Part shown: positions 17,179-26,846 of the stretch, one piece after another
How the letters are laid out: each line of letters opens with the position of its first letter
How positions within the stretch are numbered: position 1 is the stretch's first letter
Origin: Acutalibacteraceae bacterium
GTDB taxonomy: Bacteria > Bacillota > Clostridia > Oscillospirales > Acutalibacteraceae
DNA: 36,531 nt
Reading direction: 5' to 3'
NCBI GenBank assembly: GCA_045603285.1
Contig: JAZULW010000080.1
Coordinates: 1 to 36,531 of the forward strand
The notes under the pieces: generated by a model
What the model was told of the DNA's origin: nothing
The model's input: the letters and a program-made list of their open reading frames with translations, nothing else
Database searches by the model: none
Made by a program: the position numbers and the translations under genes

Positions 17179-17185
17179 CCGCGTT
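17157..17185. terminator. Hairpin spanning the stop codons of the convergent XRE and GT2 genes
   Basis: An 8-bp stem AACGCGGT/ACCGCGTT with a 13-nt loop. The two stops are only 5 nt apart and there is no clear U-tract. Confidence 0.3.
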
Positions 17186-18269
17186 ATTGTTTGCGAAACA
17201 CCCATCCGCGTTGTAAACGAAAACTTAACACGAACAAAATACAGTCTACCACGAGTTTAAGGAAGGTAGCGTTCCATTTGAGCAACGCATACAAACCACT
17301 TGTGCCAAGCGCGGATAACATCATTTGCGAAACACAAAGTACGGCATAGCGCCACAGCGTTTTGCCGTGCTTTTCTTGATTTTTAAAGACACCGCGTTTG
17401 TTCACGTAATAGTTAAAAAAGGCCGACAAAGCGCGCGCGATAATCGTCGCCAAGACAATTACCTGCTCTTGTATCAACACCGGTTGCCAAAGCGCAATAA
17501 GGAACAAAAACAATGCATACAAGCCTATATCGACCGCAAAAGAAGAAAGCGATGCTAAAATAAATTTCGAAAACACGGCATAAATGCGCAACGAGTCTTT
17601 GAACGGATTAAAGTGAGAAGTGCGGTTTTCTTCTATGTATACCGTTTCGATGGGCACTTCACGAAGTGGAATATCGTTTTCGCGCGCATCCAAAATCATA
17701 TTCATCTCATACTCAAAACGCTCGCCTTTGGTTTTCAAAAACACGCGCATCGTTTCCCGCGAGAACCCACGCAATCCCGTTTGCGTATCCGACAACGTAA
17801 TACCGCAAAACAGGCGCAGCACACGACTGGTGGTTACGTTTCCGAAACGGCTCCGCGGCGGAATATCGACATTCTTCGAAGAGAAATCACGGCATCCCAT
17901 CACCAGCGCGTGAGGACACGCCAACGTTTCGGCAGCTACACGGCGAATATCGTCAAGGCGATGTTGCCCGTCGGAATCCACCGCCACCGCCACTTCGCAC
18001 GCGGGGCATTCCGCAAGCAAGTAGTTGAATGCCGTTTTCATCGCACGACCTTTGCCTTGGTTTACCGCGTGCGTAAGCACGACACAACCAAAATCGCACT
18101 TGGCTTTGGCAAAATATTCGTCGTATTGTTCGCTGCTCCCGTCGTTCACAAGAACGATATGTTCAAACCCCGCCTCGCGCAGATCCGCAAGCAGGGACAA
18201 CAATTTATCATCGGGGCTGAGGGACGGTATAATAACACTGATACGCTTTTCCACTTCCACACGACTCAC
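17184..18269 (-). CDS. Family 2 glycosyltransferase fused to a GtrA-like membrane domain
   Basis: The GT2 N-terminus reads ISVIIPSLSPDDKLL...VLVNDGSS...AVDSDGQH. The C-terminal 4-TM GtrA-like region reads FILASLSSFAVDIGLY...NYYVNKRGVFK. Track start 18269 is a GTG embedded in the SD. GTG 18260 (8 nt after GAGAGG, just downstream of a TTGAAA-17-TATAAT promoter) is the more likely start. Confidence 0.85.
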   Translation of the reverse strand: MSRVEVEKRISVIIPSLSPDDKLLSLLADLREAGFEHIVLVNDGSSEQYDEYFAKAKCDFGCVVLTHAVNQGKGRAMKTAFNYLLAECPACEVAVAVDSDGQHRLDDIRRVAAETLACPHALVMGCRDFSSKNVDIPPRSRFGNVTTSRVLRLFCGITLSDTQTGLRGFSRETMRVFLKTKGERFEYEMNMILDARENDIPLREVPIETVYIEENRTSHFNPFKDSLRIYAVFSKFILASLSSFAVDIGLYALFLFLIALWQPVLIQEQVIVLATIIARALSAFFNYYVNKRGVFKNQEKHGKTLWRYAVLCVSQMMLSALGTSGLYALLKWNATFLKLVVDCILFVLSFRLQRGWVFRKQ

Positions 18270-18280
18270 CTCTCTTTGTC

Positions 18281-18309
18281 ATTATAACAACTGAACTCCC
18301 TTTTTTCAA
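18281..18309 (-). promoter_or_regulatory. Putative promoter of the GT2-GtrA gene (TTGAAA-17-TATAAT)
   Basis: On the minus strand, -35 is at 18309-18304 and -10 TATAAT is at 18286-18281. Confidence 0.5.
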
Positions 18310-18315
18310 CCATTA

Positions 18316-18350
18316 AAACAAAACCCGATGCACTGCATCGGGTTTTGTTT
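18316..18350 (-). terminator. Intrinsic terminator after glgA
   Basis: Core stem CCCGATGC/GCATCGGG with a 3-nt loop, extended by A/T runs to about 16 bp. It starts 2 nt after the glgA stop. Confidence 0.8.
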
Positions 18351-18351
18351 C

Positions 18352-19764
18352 TTAGAGTGATTTATATAACCGAATGTACTCGTTGGCGGAACGTCCCCAA
18401 CTGAAATCGCTGCGCATCGCACGTTCCACCAAAAGCGGCCAATGGTCTTTGTTGTGATAGGCACCCAAGCCGCGCATAATGGCGTGATACATATCGTCGG
18501 CATTGTAAGATTGGAAAGTGAAGCCGTTTCCTTCCCCGTCGCCGCAATCGCGAATGGAGTCTTTGAGTCCACCCGTTTCGCGCACAATGGGAATGGCACC
18601 ATAGCGGCAAGCCACCATTTGCGAAAGGCCACACGGTTCGCTTTTAGACGGCATTAAGAACAGGTCGGATGCCGCGTATATTTTTTGCGCCAATTCGGGC
18701 ACAAAGCCGGAGCAATAGGAGAATTTCTCAGGAAACCGTTCGTGCATTTCACGGAAGAAATTTTCATACGTCCATTCACCCGAGCCTAAGATGACCACTT
18801 GCACATCTTCTTGCAGCAAGCGCTCCATCACATATTGCACCAAATCGAACCCTTTGTGCGCCACCAAACGGCTCACCATACCGATAAGCGGTACTTCCGC
18901 CCGCTGCGGAAGACCCAGACGTTCTTGTAACGCTTTTTTGTTGACTGCTTTGGCAGAAAAATCATCCGCCGAGTAATTCGCATATAAGGCCTTGTCAACG
19001 GCGGGGTCGTAACTGACGGTATCAATGCCGTTGAGAATACCCGACAGTTTCCACTCACGCATCCGCAAAATGGGATCCAGTTCGTGGGAGAACCACGGGT
19101 CAAGAATCTCCTTCGCGTACGTGGGGCTGACGGTGGTCACGCGGTCGGCTGTTTCGATAGCGCCTTTCATAATGTTGACGCATCCGTCGTGTTCCAGTAA
19201 ATGCGCATCGTCACGCGAGATACCGAACACATCTTCCAAAATCTCCAACCCGTATTTGCCTTGATACTGAATGTTGTGAATGGTATACACGGTGCGAATG
19301 GAAGAATACGCGGGTTGCGGCGCGTAAAACAACGTGTGGTACACGGGAATTAAGCCACACTGCCAGTCGTTTGCGTGAATGATATCGGGTTTAAAGTCGA
19401 TATATTTCAGCATTTCCAGTACGGCACGCGAAAAGAAGGCAAATCGTTCGGCATCATCATAATGCCCGTACAAACCGCACCGCTTAAAATAGTATTGGTT
19501 ATCAAGCAAATAGTAAATGACACCGTTATGTTTGGCTTCAAATACACCGCAGTATTGGCGACGCCACGCCACAGGAACAGAAAAACTGGTCAGAAAGGTC
19601 ATGGTATCGCGCAATTCTTGCGGCACCGATTCGTAAAGCGGCAACACCACACGGCAACCCACCAAACGATTGCGCAACGCTTTGGGAAGAGAGCCTGCCA
19701 CATCCGCCAAACCGCCCGATGCGGCAAACGGCCGCGCTTCACTGGACGCATATAAAACTTTCAT
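18352..19764 (-). CDS. glgA: Glycogen synthase (ADP-glucose type)
   Basis: 470 aa with the N-terminus MKVLYASSEARPFAASGGLADVAGSLPKAL and the GT5 body. Confidence 0.95.
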   Translation of the reverse strand: MKVLYASSEARPFAASGGLADVAGSLPKALRNRLVGCRVVLPLYESVPQELRDTMTFLTSFSVPVAWRRQYCGVFEAKHNGVIYYLLDNQYYFKRCGLYGHYDDAERFAFFSRAVLEMLKYIDFKPDIIHANDWQCGLIPVYHTLFYAPQPAYSSIRTVYTIHNIQYQGKYGLEILEDVFGISRDDAHLLEHDGCVNIMKGAIETADRVTTVSPTYAKEILDPWFSHELDPILRMREWKLSGILNGIDTVSYDPAVDKALYANYSADDFSAKAVNKKALQERLGLPQRAEVPLIGMVSRLVAHKGFDLVQYVMERLLQEDVQVVILGSGEWTYENFFREMHERFPEKFSYCSGFVPELAQKIYAASDLFLMPSKSEPCGLSQMVACRYGAIPIVRETGGLKDSIRDCGDGEGNGFTFQSYNADDMYHAIMRGLGAYHNKDHWPLLVERAMRSDFSWGRSANEYIRLYKSL

Positions 19765-19780
19765 TTTCTTTCCTTTCCGG

Positions 19781-20896
19781 TTATACCATTGTGTTCTTTT
19801 TCACTGAAACGGGATAGTCGGCACACCCTTTCAGCACACGCCCTTCGCGGATACACACATTTTTATCCAAAATCACGTAGTCAAGGTCCGTTCCGCCGCA
19901 GATGACACTGCCTTGCATCACAATGCTGTTTTTGATAACGGCATTGCGGTCGACATTCACGTTGCGGAATATAATGGAATTATGAACGGTGCCTTCGATT
20001 TTCGATCCATCGGCAATTAAGGAATTGCGCACTTTCGCGTGCAAACCGTATAATGCCGGTTCGGTATCACGCACTTTGGTATAAATCGGCCGTTTGGTTT
20101 TGAACAACTGCTCACGCACCGAGGGATCCAGCAAAGCACGATTGGCTTCGAAATAACTTTGAAGTGAGCAAATCACCTGCAAATACTCAGGAACCGCATA
20201 AGCAAAAATGCGGCGGTCGTGAATATGGCGGTGCAAAATGTCCCACTCAAAACTGAGTTGATTGCGACTCATAGCCGCTTCCACAAACCGAATGAGCAAT
20301 TCACGGCGGATGACATACAAGCCGATTCCATAGTTTTCGGTCTCGTGTTCGCTGCGATCAGAAATATACAGATCGTTTACACGCCCGTCATAGGCAATGG
20401 ACATCATCGGCGATTGCAAATGTTTCGGGATAGCCCCCTTCACATACGCCATGGTGATATCGGCTTCTTTTTCTATGTGGTACTCTACCAATTTGCGATA
20501 GTTGATATTGCCCACCACGTGACAGTCGGACAAGATCACATACTCTTCTTTGGAGCGACGCAAAAACGGCATTATGCCTGCAAGGGAAGCGATGCGCCCT
20601 TCGTAATGCTCGTCGCCGCCGCCCGTGGGAGGCAAGAAATACAATCCTTCGCTTTTACGGGACAACCCCCACGCTTTACCGGAGCCGAGATGGTCCATCA
20701 GCGATTGGTAGTTGCTTTTGGTAATGACACCCACTTTCGAAACACCCGCGTTCACCAAATTGGAAAGCGGAAAATCAATTAAACGGTAGCGGCCGCCAAA
20801 CGGAACGGAACCAATGGCACGAATACCGGTCAGTTCCGGCAACACCTCATCGTGCATATCGGAAAACAACAAACCCATAACCGTATTGTGACGCAT
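19781..20896 (-). CDS. glgD: Glucose-1-phosphate adenylyltransferase subunit GlgD
   Basis: 371 aa, a GlgC paralogue that lacks the GGxGxRL motif (LLFSDMHDE...GGRYRLIDFPLSN). The position between glgC and glgA is typical of Firmicutes. An AAGGAGGG SD is present. Confidence 0.9.
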   Translation of the reverse strand: MRHNTVMGLLFSDMHDEVLPELTGIRAIGSVPFGGRYRLIDFPLSNLVNAGVSKVGVITKSNYQSLMDHLGSGKAWGLSRKSEGLYFLPPTGGGDEHYEGRIASLAGIMPFLRRSKEEYVILSDCHVVGNINYRKLVEYHIEKEADITMAYVKGAIPKHLQSPMMSIAYDGRVNDLYISDRSEHETENYGIGLYVIRRELLIRFVEAAMSRNQLSFEWDILHRHIHDRRIFAYAVPEYLQVICSLQSYFEANRALLDPSVREQLFKTKRPIYTKVRDTEPALYGLHAKVRNSLIADGSKIEGTVHNSIIFRNVNVDRNAVIKNSIVMQGSVICGGTDLDYVILDKNVCIREGRVLKGCADYPVSVKKNTMV

Positions 20897-20897
20897 A

Positions 20898-22115
20898 TCA
20901 GTTTCCCTCCTTTTTCACATCGGCATCAATCATCGCTTTGGCAGGGATGTGACAGCCATCCCCTATCTGAACACCCGACGCCACCACGGCTACGCCCCAC
21001 TCCCCAAGGTCTTGCATCTCCTCAGGTCGGGCACCGACAACCGCATTCTCACCAATAACCGCATTTTCGGCCACGATGGCATATTGCACGATCGCACCCT
21101 TTTTCACGGTGACACCCGGCATAATGATGGAATCGCGCACAAGAGCGCCTTCTTCGATCGTAACGCCTGAAAACAACACGGCAAAATCCACTTTTCCGCA
21201 AATGTTGCCGCCTTCGGATATCATACTGTTTTGCACATGAGCAGTATCGGCAATATAATGCGGCGGCAAACCGGAATTGCGGCAATAAATTTTCCACGTA
21301 TCGTCAGACAAATCCAACGGAACGCGAGGATTGAGAAGGTCCATATTGGCTTCCCACAAACTGTCGATGGTGCCAACGTCTTTCCAATACCCTTCAAAAC
21401 GGTAGGCAAACATCCGCTCGCCCGCGGCCAGCATAGCCGGCAATACGTTTTTGCCAAAGTCATTTTGCGAAGAGGTATCTTTCTCGTCAGCGTTTAAATA
21501 CTGGCGCAATTTTTGCCAGTTAAACACGTAGATGCCCATCGAAGCCAAGTTGCTTTTGGGAACGGCGGGTTTCTCGTCAAACTCATAAATAGAACCGTCG
21601 GGATTGGTATTGAGGATACCGAAACGGCTGGCCTCTTCCATTTCCACTTCAATAACGGCGATGGTACAGTCGGCATTGTTGGCCTTATGTTCTTCAATCA
21701 TCTTGGAATAGTCCATTTTATAGATGTGATCACCCGAAAGCACCAACACATATTCGGGATCGTAACGCTCTATAAACGGAATATTTTGATAAATGGCATT
21801 GGCCGTGCCTTTGTACCAATCAGCACCTTTACTGCGTTGATAAGGCGGCAATATATGCACGCCTGCATCCATACGGTCAAGATCCCACGGTTCTCCCGAA
21901 CCGATGTAGTCGTTAAGTTCAAGCGGTTGATACTGTGTGAGAACACCCACCGTTTCGATACCGGAGTTGACACAGTTAGAGAGAGGGAAATCGATAATGC
22001 GATACTTTCCACCGTACGGCACGGCCGGTTTGGCTACGTTTTTGGTGAGGGCATATAACCGGCTTCCCTGTCCGCCCGCCAACAACATAGCGACACATTC
22101 CTGTTTGCGAAACAT
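20898..22115 (-). CDS. glgC: Glucose-1-phosphate adenylyltransferase
   Basis: I place the start at ATG 22115 ([24 protein letters not shown]...), preceded by AGGAGGA. A left-handed beta-helix C-terminus is present. Confidence 0.95.
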   Translation of the reverse strand: MFRKQECVAMLLAGGQGSRLYALTKNVAKPAVPYGGKYRIIDFPLSNCVNSGIETVGVLTQYQPLELNDYIGSGEPWDLDRMDAGVHILPPYQRSKGADWYKGTANAIYQNIPFIERYDPEYVLVLSGDHIYKMDYSKMIEEHKANNADCTIAVIEVEMEEASRFGILNTNPDGSIYEFDEKPAVPKSNLASMGIYVFNWQKLRQYLNADEKDTSSQNDFGKNVLPAMLAAGERMFAYRFEGYWKDVGTIDSLWEANMDLLNPRVPLDLSDDTWKIYCRNSGLPPHYIADTAHVQNSMISEGGNICGKVDFAVLFSGVTIEEGALVRDSIIMPGVTVKKGAIVQYAIVAENAVIGENAVVGARPEEMQDLGEWGVAVVASGVQIGDGCHIPAKAMIDADVKKEGN

Positions 22116-22129
22116 AAAACAAATCCTCC

Positions 22130-24004
22130 TCAAGATTTCGGCGGCAAGCGCCGTTTTTTACGTAAAAAGATAACCGACAAGGGTGGCAAGGTGAGCGACA
22201 CCGACTGTGCGTGCCCGTGCAAGGGAACCGCCTTAGCTTTCACGGTGCCGTTGGTTACACCGCCGCCGCCGAAACGCACGTCATCGGTGGTGAATATCTC
22301 CTCATATACCGCATATTCGGGAACACCGATGGCATAGTTTTCGCGTTGCATCGGTGTAAAATTGCACACCGCAATTACCTCGTTGCCGTTCCGCGCAATG
22401 CGACGAAAAGCAATTACGCTTTGGGCATTGTCGTCGTGCGCAATCCAGGAAAACCCTTCCCAAGTGAAATCGTTATCCCAAAGCGGTGTTTGGTCGCGAT
22501 AAAATCGATTCAGGTCCCGTGTGTATTCGTGCAACGTGCGATGCGCCGGATAGTCCAGCAACAGCCAGTCCAGTTCTTTTTGATAATTCCATTCCGAAAA
22601 TTGCCCGAATTCGGAACCCATAAACGTGAGCTTTTTACCGGGATGCGCCATCATATAGGCAAGAAACAAACGGAACCCTGCAAATTTCTCTTCATACGTG
22701 CCGGGCATTTTGTTTAGCAAAGAGCCTTTCCCGTGCACCACTTCATCGTGCGAAATGGGTAAAATAAAATTTTCGGAAAATGCATAAAAAAACGAAAAGG
22801 TCAACGCGTTATGGTTGTCTTTGCGGAAGAACGGGTCCATGGAGGCGTATCGAAGCATATCGTTCATCCAACCCATATTCCACTTGTAATTGAAACCAAG
22901 GCCGCCCACCTCAGGGGGACGTGACACCATCGGCCACGCGGTGGATTCCTCCGCGATCATCATGGTGTGCGGATATTCGGCAAACACGGCTCGATTAAGC
23001 ATTTGCAAAAACTCAACCGCTTCCAAGTTTTCATGGCCACCGTGAATGTTGGGCATCCACTCGCCATCGCGACGGTTATAATCCAAGTAAAGCATAGAAG
23101 CAACCGCGTCTACGCGAATTCCGTCGATATGGTAATATTCCAACCAAAACAGAATGCTGGAAATCAAAAACGTGCGCACCTCAGGCCGCCCGAAATCGAA
23201 CACACATGTGCCCCATTCTTTGTGTTCACCCTTACGCGGGTCCTCATATTCGTAGCAAGGAGTTCCGTCAAACCGATATAGTCCGTACTCATCCTTTGGA
23301 AAATGGCCGGGAACCCAGTCCATAATCACACCGATACCGCCGCGGTGGCAACGGTCAACAAACGACATAAGCCCTTTCGGGGTCCCGTAACGGGAGGTCG
23401 GTGCATAGTAACCCGTAACCTGATATCCCCATGACCCGTCAAAGGGATATTCCGTCACCGGCATCAACTCAATATGGGTATACCCCATTTTTTGTACGTA
23501 AGGTATCAGTTCGTCCGCCAATTTTTCGTAAGAAAAATGGTTGCCGTCCGCATATTGTTTCCACGAACCGACGTGCACCTCGTAGATATTCACGGGAATG
23601 TTATAGACAGAAGTTTTGGCTTTTTGTTTTTGCCAGGCATCGTCTGTCCAAGCGAAACCTTCCAGCGAATACACCCGTGAAGCCGTGGAGGGGCGTGTTT
23701 CATAATGATATGCATACGGATCGGATTTCATAACCCCTTGTCCGTCGGGACCGACCACATAATATTTGTATGCATCGTATTCGCACACGGATTCGGTAAC
23801 AATTTCCCATATTCCCGTGTCGTCCACACGGGACAAGGGGACTGCCGCGGTGTTCCATCCGTTAAAATCGCCAACCAGACTGACCGCCTGTGCACGCGGC
23901 GCCCACACGCGAAACGTATATCCCCCCGAAGATGTTGCGTGGCAGCCTAACATACGGTAGGCATGAAAATCCGTTTGGTCAAAAATATGTTTCAGTCTGT
24001 CCAT
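22130..24004 (-). CDS. glgB: 1,4-alpha-glucan branching enzyme
   Basis: A GH13 branching enzyme ([36 protein letters not shown]). Track start 24019 is a TTG. ATG 24004 (MDRLKHIF...) has GAGGA 8 nt upstream and is my call. Confidence 0.95.
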   Translation of the reverse strand: MDRLKHIFDQTDFHAYRMLGCHATSSGGYTFRVWAPRAQAVSLVGDFNGWNTAAVPLSRVDDTGIWEIVTESVCEYDAYKYYVVGPDGQGVMKSDPYAYHYETRPSTASRVYSLEGFAWTDDAWQKQKAKTSVYNIPVNIYEVHVGSWKQYADGNHFSYEKLADELIPYVQKMGYTHIELMPVTEYPFDGSWGYQVTGYYAPTSRYGTPKGLMSFVDRCHRGGIGVIMDWVPGHFPKDEYGLYRFDGTPCYEYEDPRKGEHKEWGTCVFDFGRPEVRTFLISSILFWLEYYHIDGIRVDAVASMLYLDYNRRDGEWMPNIHGGHENLEAVEFLQMLNRAVFAEYPHTMMIAEESTAWPMVSRPPEVGGLGFNYKWNMGWMNDMLRYASMDPFFRKDNHNALTFSFFYAFSENFILPISHDEVVHGKGSLLNKMPGTYEEKFAGFRLFLAYMMAHPGKKLTFMGSEFGQFSEWNYQKELDWLLLDYPAHRTLHEYTRDLNRFYRDQTPLWDNDFTWEGFSWIAHDDNAQSVIAFRRIARNGNEVIAVCNFTPMQRENYAIGVPEYAVYEEIFTTDDVRFGGGGVTNGTVKAKAVPLHGHAQSVSLTLPPLSVIFLRKKRRLPPKS

Positions 24005-24035
24005 TGGCAACATCCTCAATTCTTATTTCTTCTTT

Positions 24036-24064
24036 ATTGTAACAGTATTACCTGTAAAAATCAA
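24036..24064 (-). promoter_or_regulatory. Putative glgBCDA promoter (TTGATT-17-TACAAT)
   Basis: On the minus strand, -35 is at 24064-24059 and -10 is at 24041-24036. Confidence 0.6.
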
Positions 24065-24153
24065 GTGCTATTTGTCGAAAATCTCGCAATTTATTGAGTG
24101 GATATTTGCATTTTTTGTTTATATTGCATAAATTTCTACCGTTTGTTTGCATA

Positions 24154-24540
24154 CTATCTCGTGGTGGTTCCGTGAAACGGTTCCCGAGAAACATCAACAC
24201 CCAACCCAAAACTGATTTGCAGTGCTTGGTCTACGCGGTCCATTGAACGATCATCCAACCGTCCCATATGTTCTTTTAATCGTTGTTTGTCAATGGTGCG
24301 AATTTGCTCCAAAAGGACCACCGAGTCTTTCGCCAAACCGCTTCCCACAGAATTCACTTGAATGTGTGTGGGCAACCGCGCTTTGTCTTTTTGACTGGTA
24401 ATGGCCGCTGCGATTACCGTGGGGCTAAAACGGTTTCCCACATCGTTTTGCACAATCAACACCGGACGGACACCGCCCTGTTCCGAACCCACGACCGGAC
24501 TTAAATCGGCATAATAAATATCTCCACGGCGAATCGTCAT
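24154..24540 (-). CDS. mazF: Type II toxin, mRNA interferase of the EndoA/MazF/PemK family
   Basis: 128 aa, very similar by eye to Bacillus EndoA ([46 protein letters not shown]...[13 protein letters not shown]). An AAAGGGGA SD is present. Confidence 0.92.
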   Translation of the reverse strand: MTIRRGDIYYADLSPVVGSEQGGVRPVLIVQNDVGNRFSPTVIAAAITSQKDKARLPTHIQVNSVGSGLAKDSVVLLEQIRTIDKQRLKEHMGRLDDRSMDRVDQALQISFGLGVDVSREPFHGTTTR

Positions 24541-24643
24541 ATCGTTTCCCCTTTCTGTCTGTACAAGACTAGTGTGCCCTGCTTGTCCGTCTTTAAACAG
24601 CGGAATGCTTTATGGGCTTCACTATTCAGTATATGCACAAACA

Positions 24644-24673
24644 GAAAAACCGACATCATGCGATGTCGGTTTT
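24644..24673. terminator. Bidirectional intrinsic terminator after the M23 peptidase gene
   Basis: A 13-bp stem AAAAACCGACATC/GATGTCGGTTTTT with the 4-nt loop ATGC. Confidence 0.85.
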
Positions 24674-24680
24674 TAAACAA

Positions 24681-26315
24681 TTATCGTTGCACATAGTCAA
24701 GCGGGTCAACCAATACGCCGTTTTTGATCACCTCAAAATGCAAGTGTGCGCCAAACGAATATCCCGTGTTGCCCACCTTGGCAATGTATTGCCCTTGCGC
24801 CACTTTATCGCCCGCCTCCACCTCCAATTTGCTGCAGTGAGCATAGCGCGTCATAAATCCGTTTCCGTGGTCGATGAGAACAAAATACCCGTAACTGCCG
24901 TGATAGTCGGCTTCCACAACCACACCGCCATCTGAGGCAATGATGGGTTTGCCCATCGTGGAACCGTTGGCAATGTCGATAGCGCCGTGGAAGCGGCCCC
25001 ACCGGGATGCAAATGGTGACGAAATGGTTTTGGTATACGGCAAAGGCCAAATAAAACTGTTGGTAGCCACACCGTCACCAATGACCGCGTTATCTGCATA
25101 CGTTTTGGCACCAATCTTCATGATGCAGGAAACCGCATTTTGAAGCACTTCATTAAAGACCACCGTGCGGTACTGTTCTTTGCCGTTCACGTAAATGATC
25201 TGCGAATGAACGCGTTGCTTTCCGTCTTTTCCTTTGCGGATCAACTGTTGATAGCCAAGCGGTTGTGAGGGGTCTTGTTGGTATTCTGTGGGATACTTCA
25301 GTTTTTCCACCTTGCTCACATTCTTCACCGTTTGCACGGGCAATTGGCGCAAGATCGAAAGCATATCCCCTTCCGTTATCACGGCAGAAACAGGATACGT
25401 GCCTTCCACAATCTCTACCTCGCAAAAAAAGCCCACACCGTCATACTCCTTAGAGCGATGAACATCGAGCACGGTATCGATTTTGCTTTGTATGGCATCC
25501 ACCGTAGGCAGAGCGCCCTTAAACACCCCATCCACGTACAATCCGGCCGCGGCCTGTACCCGTTCGCCAAGTGTTTCGAATATAAGGTCGCGTACCTCCT
25601 GTTCGTCCAACAGTGTTTCCCCTTTTATCACCGCTACCTGCATTTGAGGGTGCTTGTTCACCGTAAAACCACCGTTGGCATTGATGACGGATTTTTTAAT
25701 AAGAGAAGCGGCATTTGTATACGTGCTTTCATTGGCAATATAGCCAACTTCCGTTTCGTCATATGTGAGAAACAATGCGTACTCAGCCCCGTGCCAATAT
25801 CCAACGGTGAACACCAACACCAATGCCGCCGCCAAAGGAGCCGCTACGTTCAAAACGGAGACAACCGCTTTGCGGTGACGACGAACCGCTAACACGGGAA
25901 TCCACAACGCGTTGCGTAACACATGCTCCTCGTGCAGTTTTCCCCAAGCCAAGGCAAAGCCTTTTCTCAGACGAGAAAGTTCACCTTTCAGCCGCTTTTT
26001 ATTTTCGACGATTACCACGCGAAAAACTCGGTCAATACCCGTCGTTACGGGGCGCCATATCCATTGTGTGAAGCGCAGAAACGACCGCACGCAACGCACC
26101 GAACGAACACCAACCGTGTAACAAAACGCATACATCCATTCGCCGTATTCTTTGCGTTTTTCAGCATTCCAGTACGTTTTATAAAAAGAGGTGCACGCTG
26201 CAAAAGCATGTTTAAAAGCCACCCGACAAACTTTCACACACAATAGGAAGAGCAGTTTACATACGGTGAAAAAGGATACACACGCTTTCAACAATGACTC
26301 CCAAAGCAATTTCAC
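24681..26315 (-). CDS. Membrane-anchored G5-domain / M23 family metallopeptidase
   Basis: The C-terminal M23 (LytM) domain reads HGAIDIANGSTMGKPIIASDGG...GNTGYSFGAHLHFEV, preceded by a G5-like segment (IRKGKDGKQRVHSQIIYVNGKE) and a TM helix (VLNVAAPLAAALVLVFTVGYW). Track start 26324 is a GTG inside the SD GGAGGTG. GTG 26315, 8 nt downstream, is more likely. Confidence 0.85.
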   Translation of the reverse strand: MKLLWESLLKACVSFFTVCKLLFLLCVKVCRVAFKHAFAACTSFYKTYWNAEKRKEYGEWMYAFCYTVGVRSVRCVRSFLRFTQWIWRPVTTGIDRVFRVVIVENKKRLKGELSRLRKGFALAWGKLHEEHVLRNALWIPVLAVRRHRKAVVSVLNVAAPLAAALVLVFTVGYWHGAEYALFLTYDETEVGYIANESTYTNAASLIKKSVINANGGFTVNKHPQMQVAVIKGETLLDEQEVRDLIFETLGERVQAAAGLYVDGVFKGALPTVDAIQSKIDTVLDVHRSKEYDGVGFFCEVEIVEGTYPVSAVITEGDMLSILRQLPVQTVKNVSKVEKLKYPTEYQQDPSQPLGYQQLIRKGKDGKQRVHSQIIYVNGKEQYRTVVFNEVLQNAVSCIMKIGAKTYADNAVIGDGVATNSFIWPLPYTKTISSPFASRWGRFHGAIDIANGSTMGKPIIASDGGVVVEADYHGSYGYFVLIDHGNGFMTRYAHCSKLEVEAGDKVAQGQYIAKVGNTGYSFGAHLHFEVIKNGVLVDPLDYVQR

Positions 26316-26345
26316 ACGCTTCACCTCCTTTGCATTTCTCGCTTT

Positions 26346-26374
26346 ACTATACCTTATTTCGACAAAAAAATCAA
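26346..26374 (-). promoter_or_regulatory. Putative promoter of the M23 peptidase gene (TTGATT-17-TATAGT)
   Basis: On the minus strand, -35 is at 26374-26369 and -10 is at 26351-26346. Confidence 0.5.
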
Positions 26375-26387
26375 GCCTACCCCCGCC

Positions 26388-26846
26388 TTAGGAGGGGTAG
26401 ACCAAGTTTTCGGGTGTCCAATTGGCAATCGTTTGGGCAAGGGAAGCCGCATAGCCGCGGGCCTGTTCCAAATCGTGTTCCAAATAATTGCCGCACTCCG
26501 CTTTGGTGGCGCCGGGAACAATGCCGTTATAGGCAGCGATAAAGCACAAGGCTTCCCGTGTAAGCGCGATGGCTTGTTCATGCGAAAGGCCGCGCGTGAG
26601 AAAGTAGAACCCCGTGCGGCAACCCATTGGACCAAAATAGACGATATGTTTTTCCCATGCACTGCTGCGCACATACGTGGCAAACAAATGCTCCAACGTA
26701 TGCATTCCCGCATTTTCCAAAAACGGCGGTGTATTGGGGCGGACAAAACGCAAATCATACGTGACCACGTCCCCGTCCGTGCGCGATAAATACATACCGG
26801 GGGTAAGCGTATCGTGGTTAATTTGAAAACTGGCAATTTGTTTCAT
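26388..26846 (-). CDS. luxS: S-ribosylhomocysteine lyase
   Basis: I place the start at ATG 26846 (MKQIASFQINHDTLTPGMY...), with the metal-binding motif HTLEHL and a GGAGGA SD. The ATG overlaps the upstream stop as TGATG. Confidence 0.95.
   Translation of the reverse strand: MKQIASFQINHDTLTPGMYLSRTDGDVVTYDLRFVRPNTPPFLENAGMHTLEHLFATYVRSSAWEKHIVYFGPMGCRTGFYFLTRGLSHEQAIALTREALCFIAAYNGIVPGATKAECGNYLEHDLEQARGYAASLAQTIANWTPENLVYPS

Noticed and set aside
26344-26400. The hairpin CTACCCC/GGGGTAG overlapping the luxS stop, as a clean terminator.
   Set aside because: It has a 7-bp stem with a 10-nt loop, and the U-run begins 6 nt after the stem. It may function weakly, but it is too irregular to list as a confident feature. 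The M23 gene has its own promoter directly downstream anyway.
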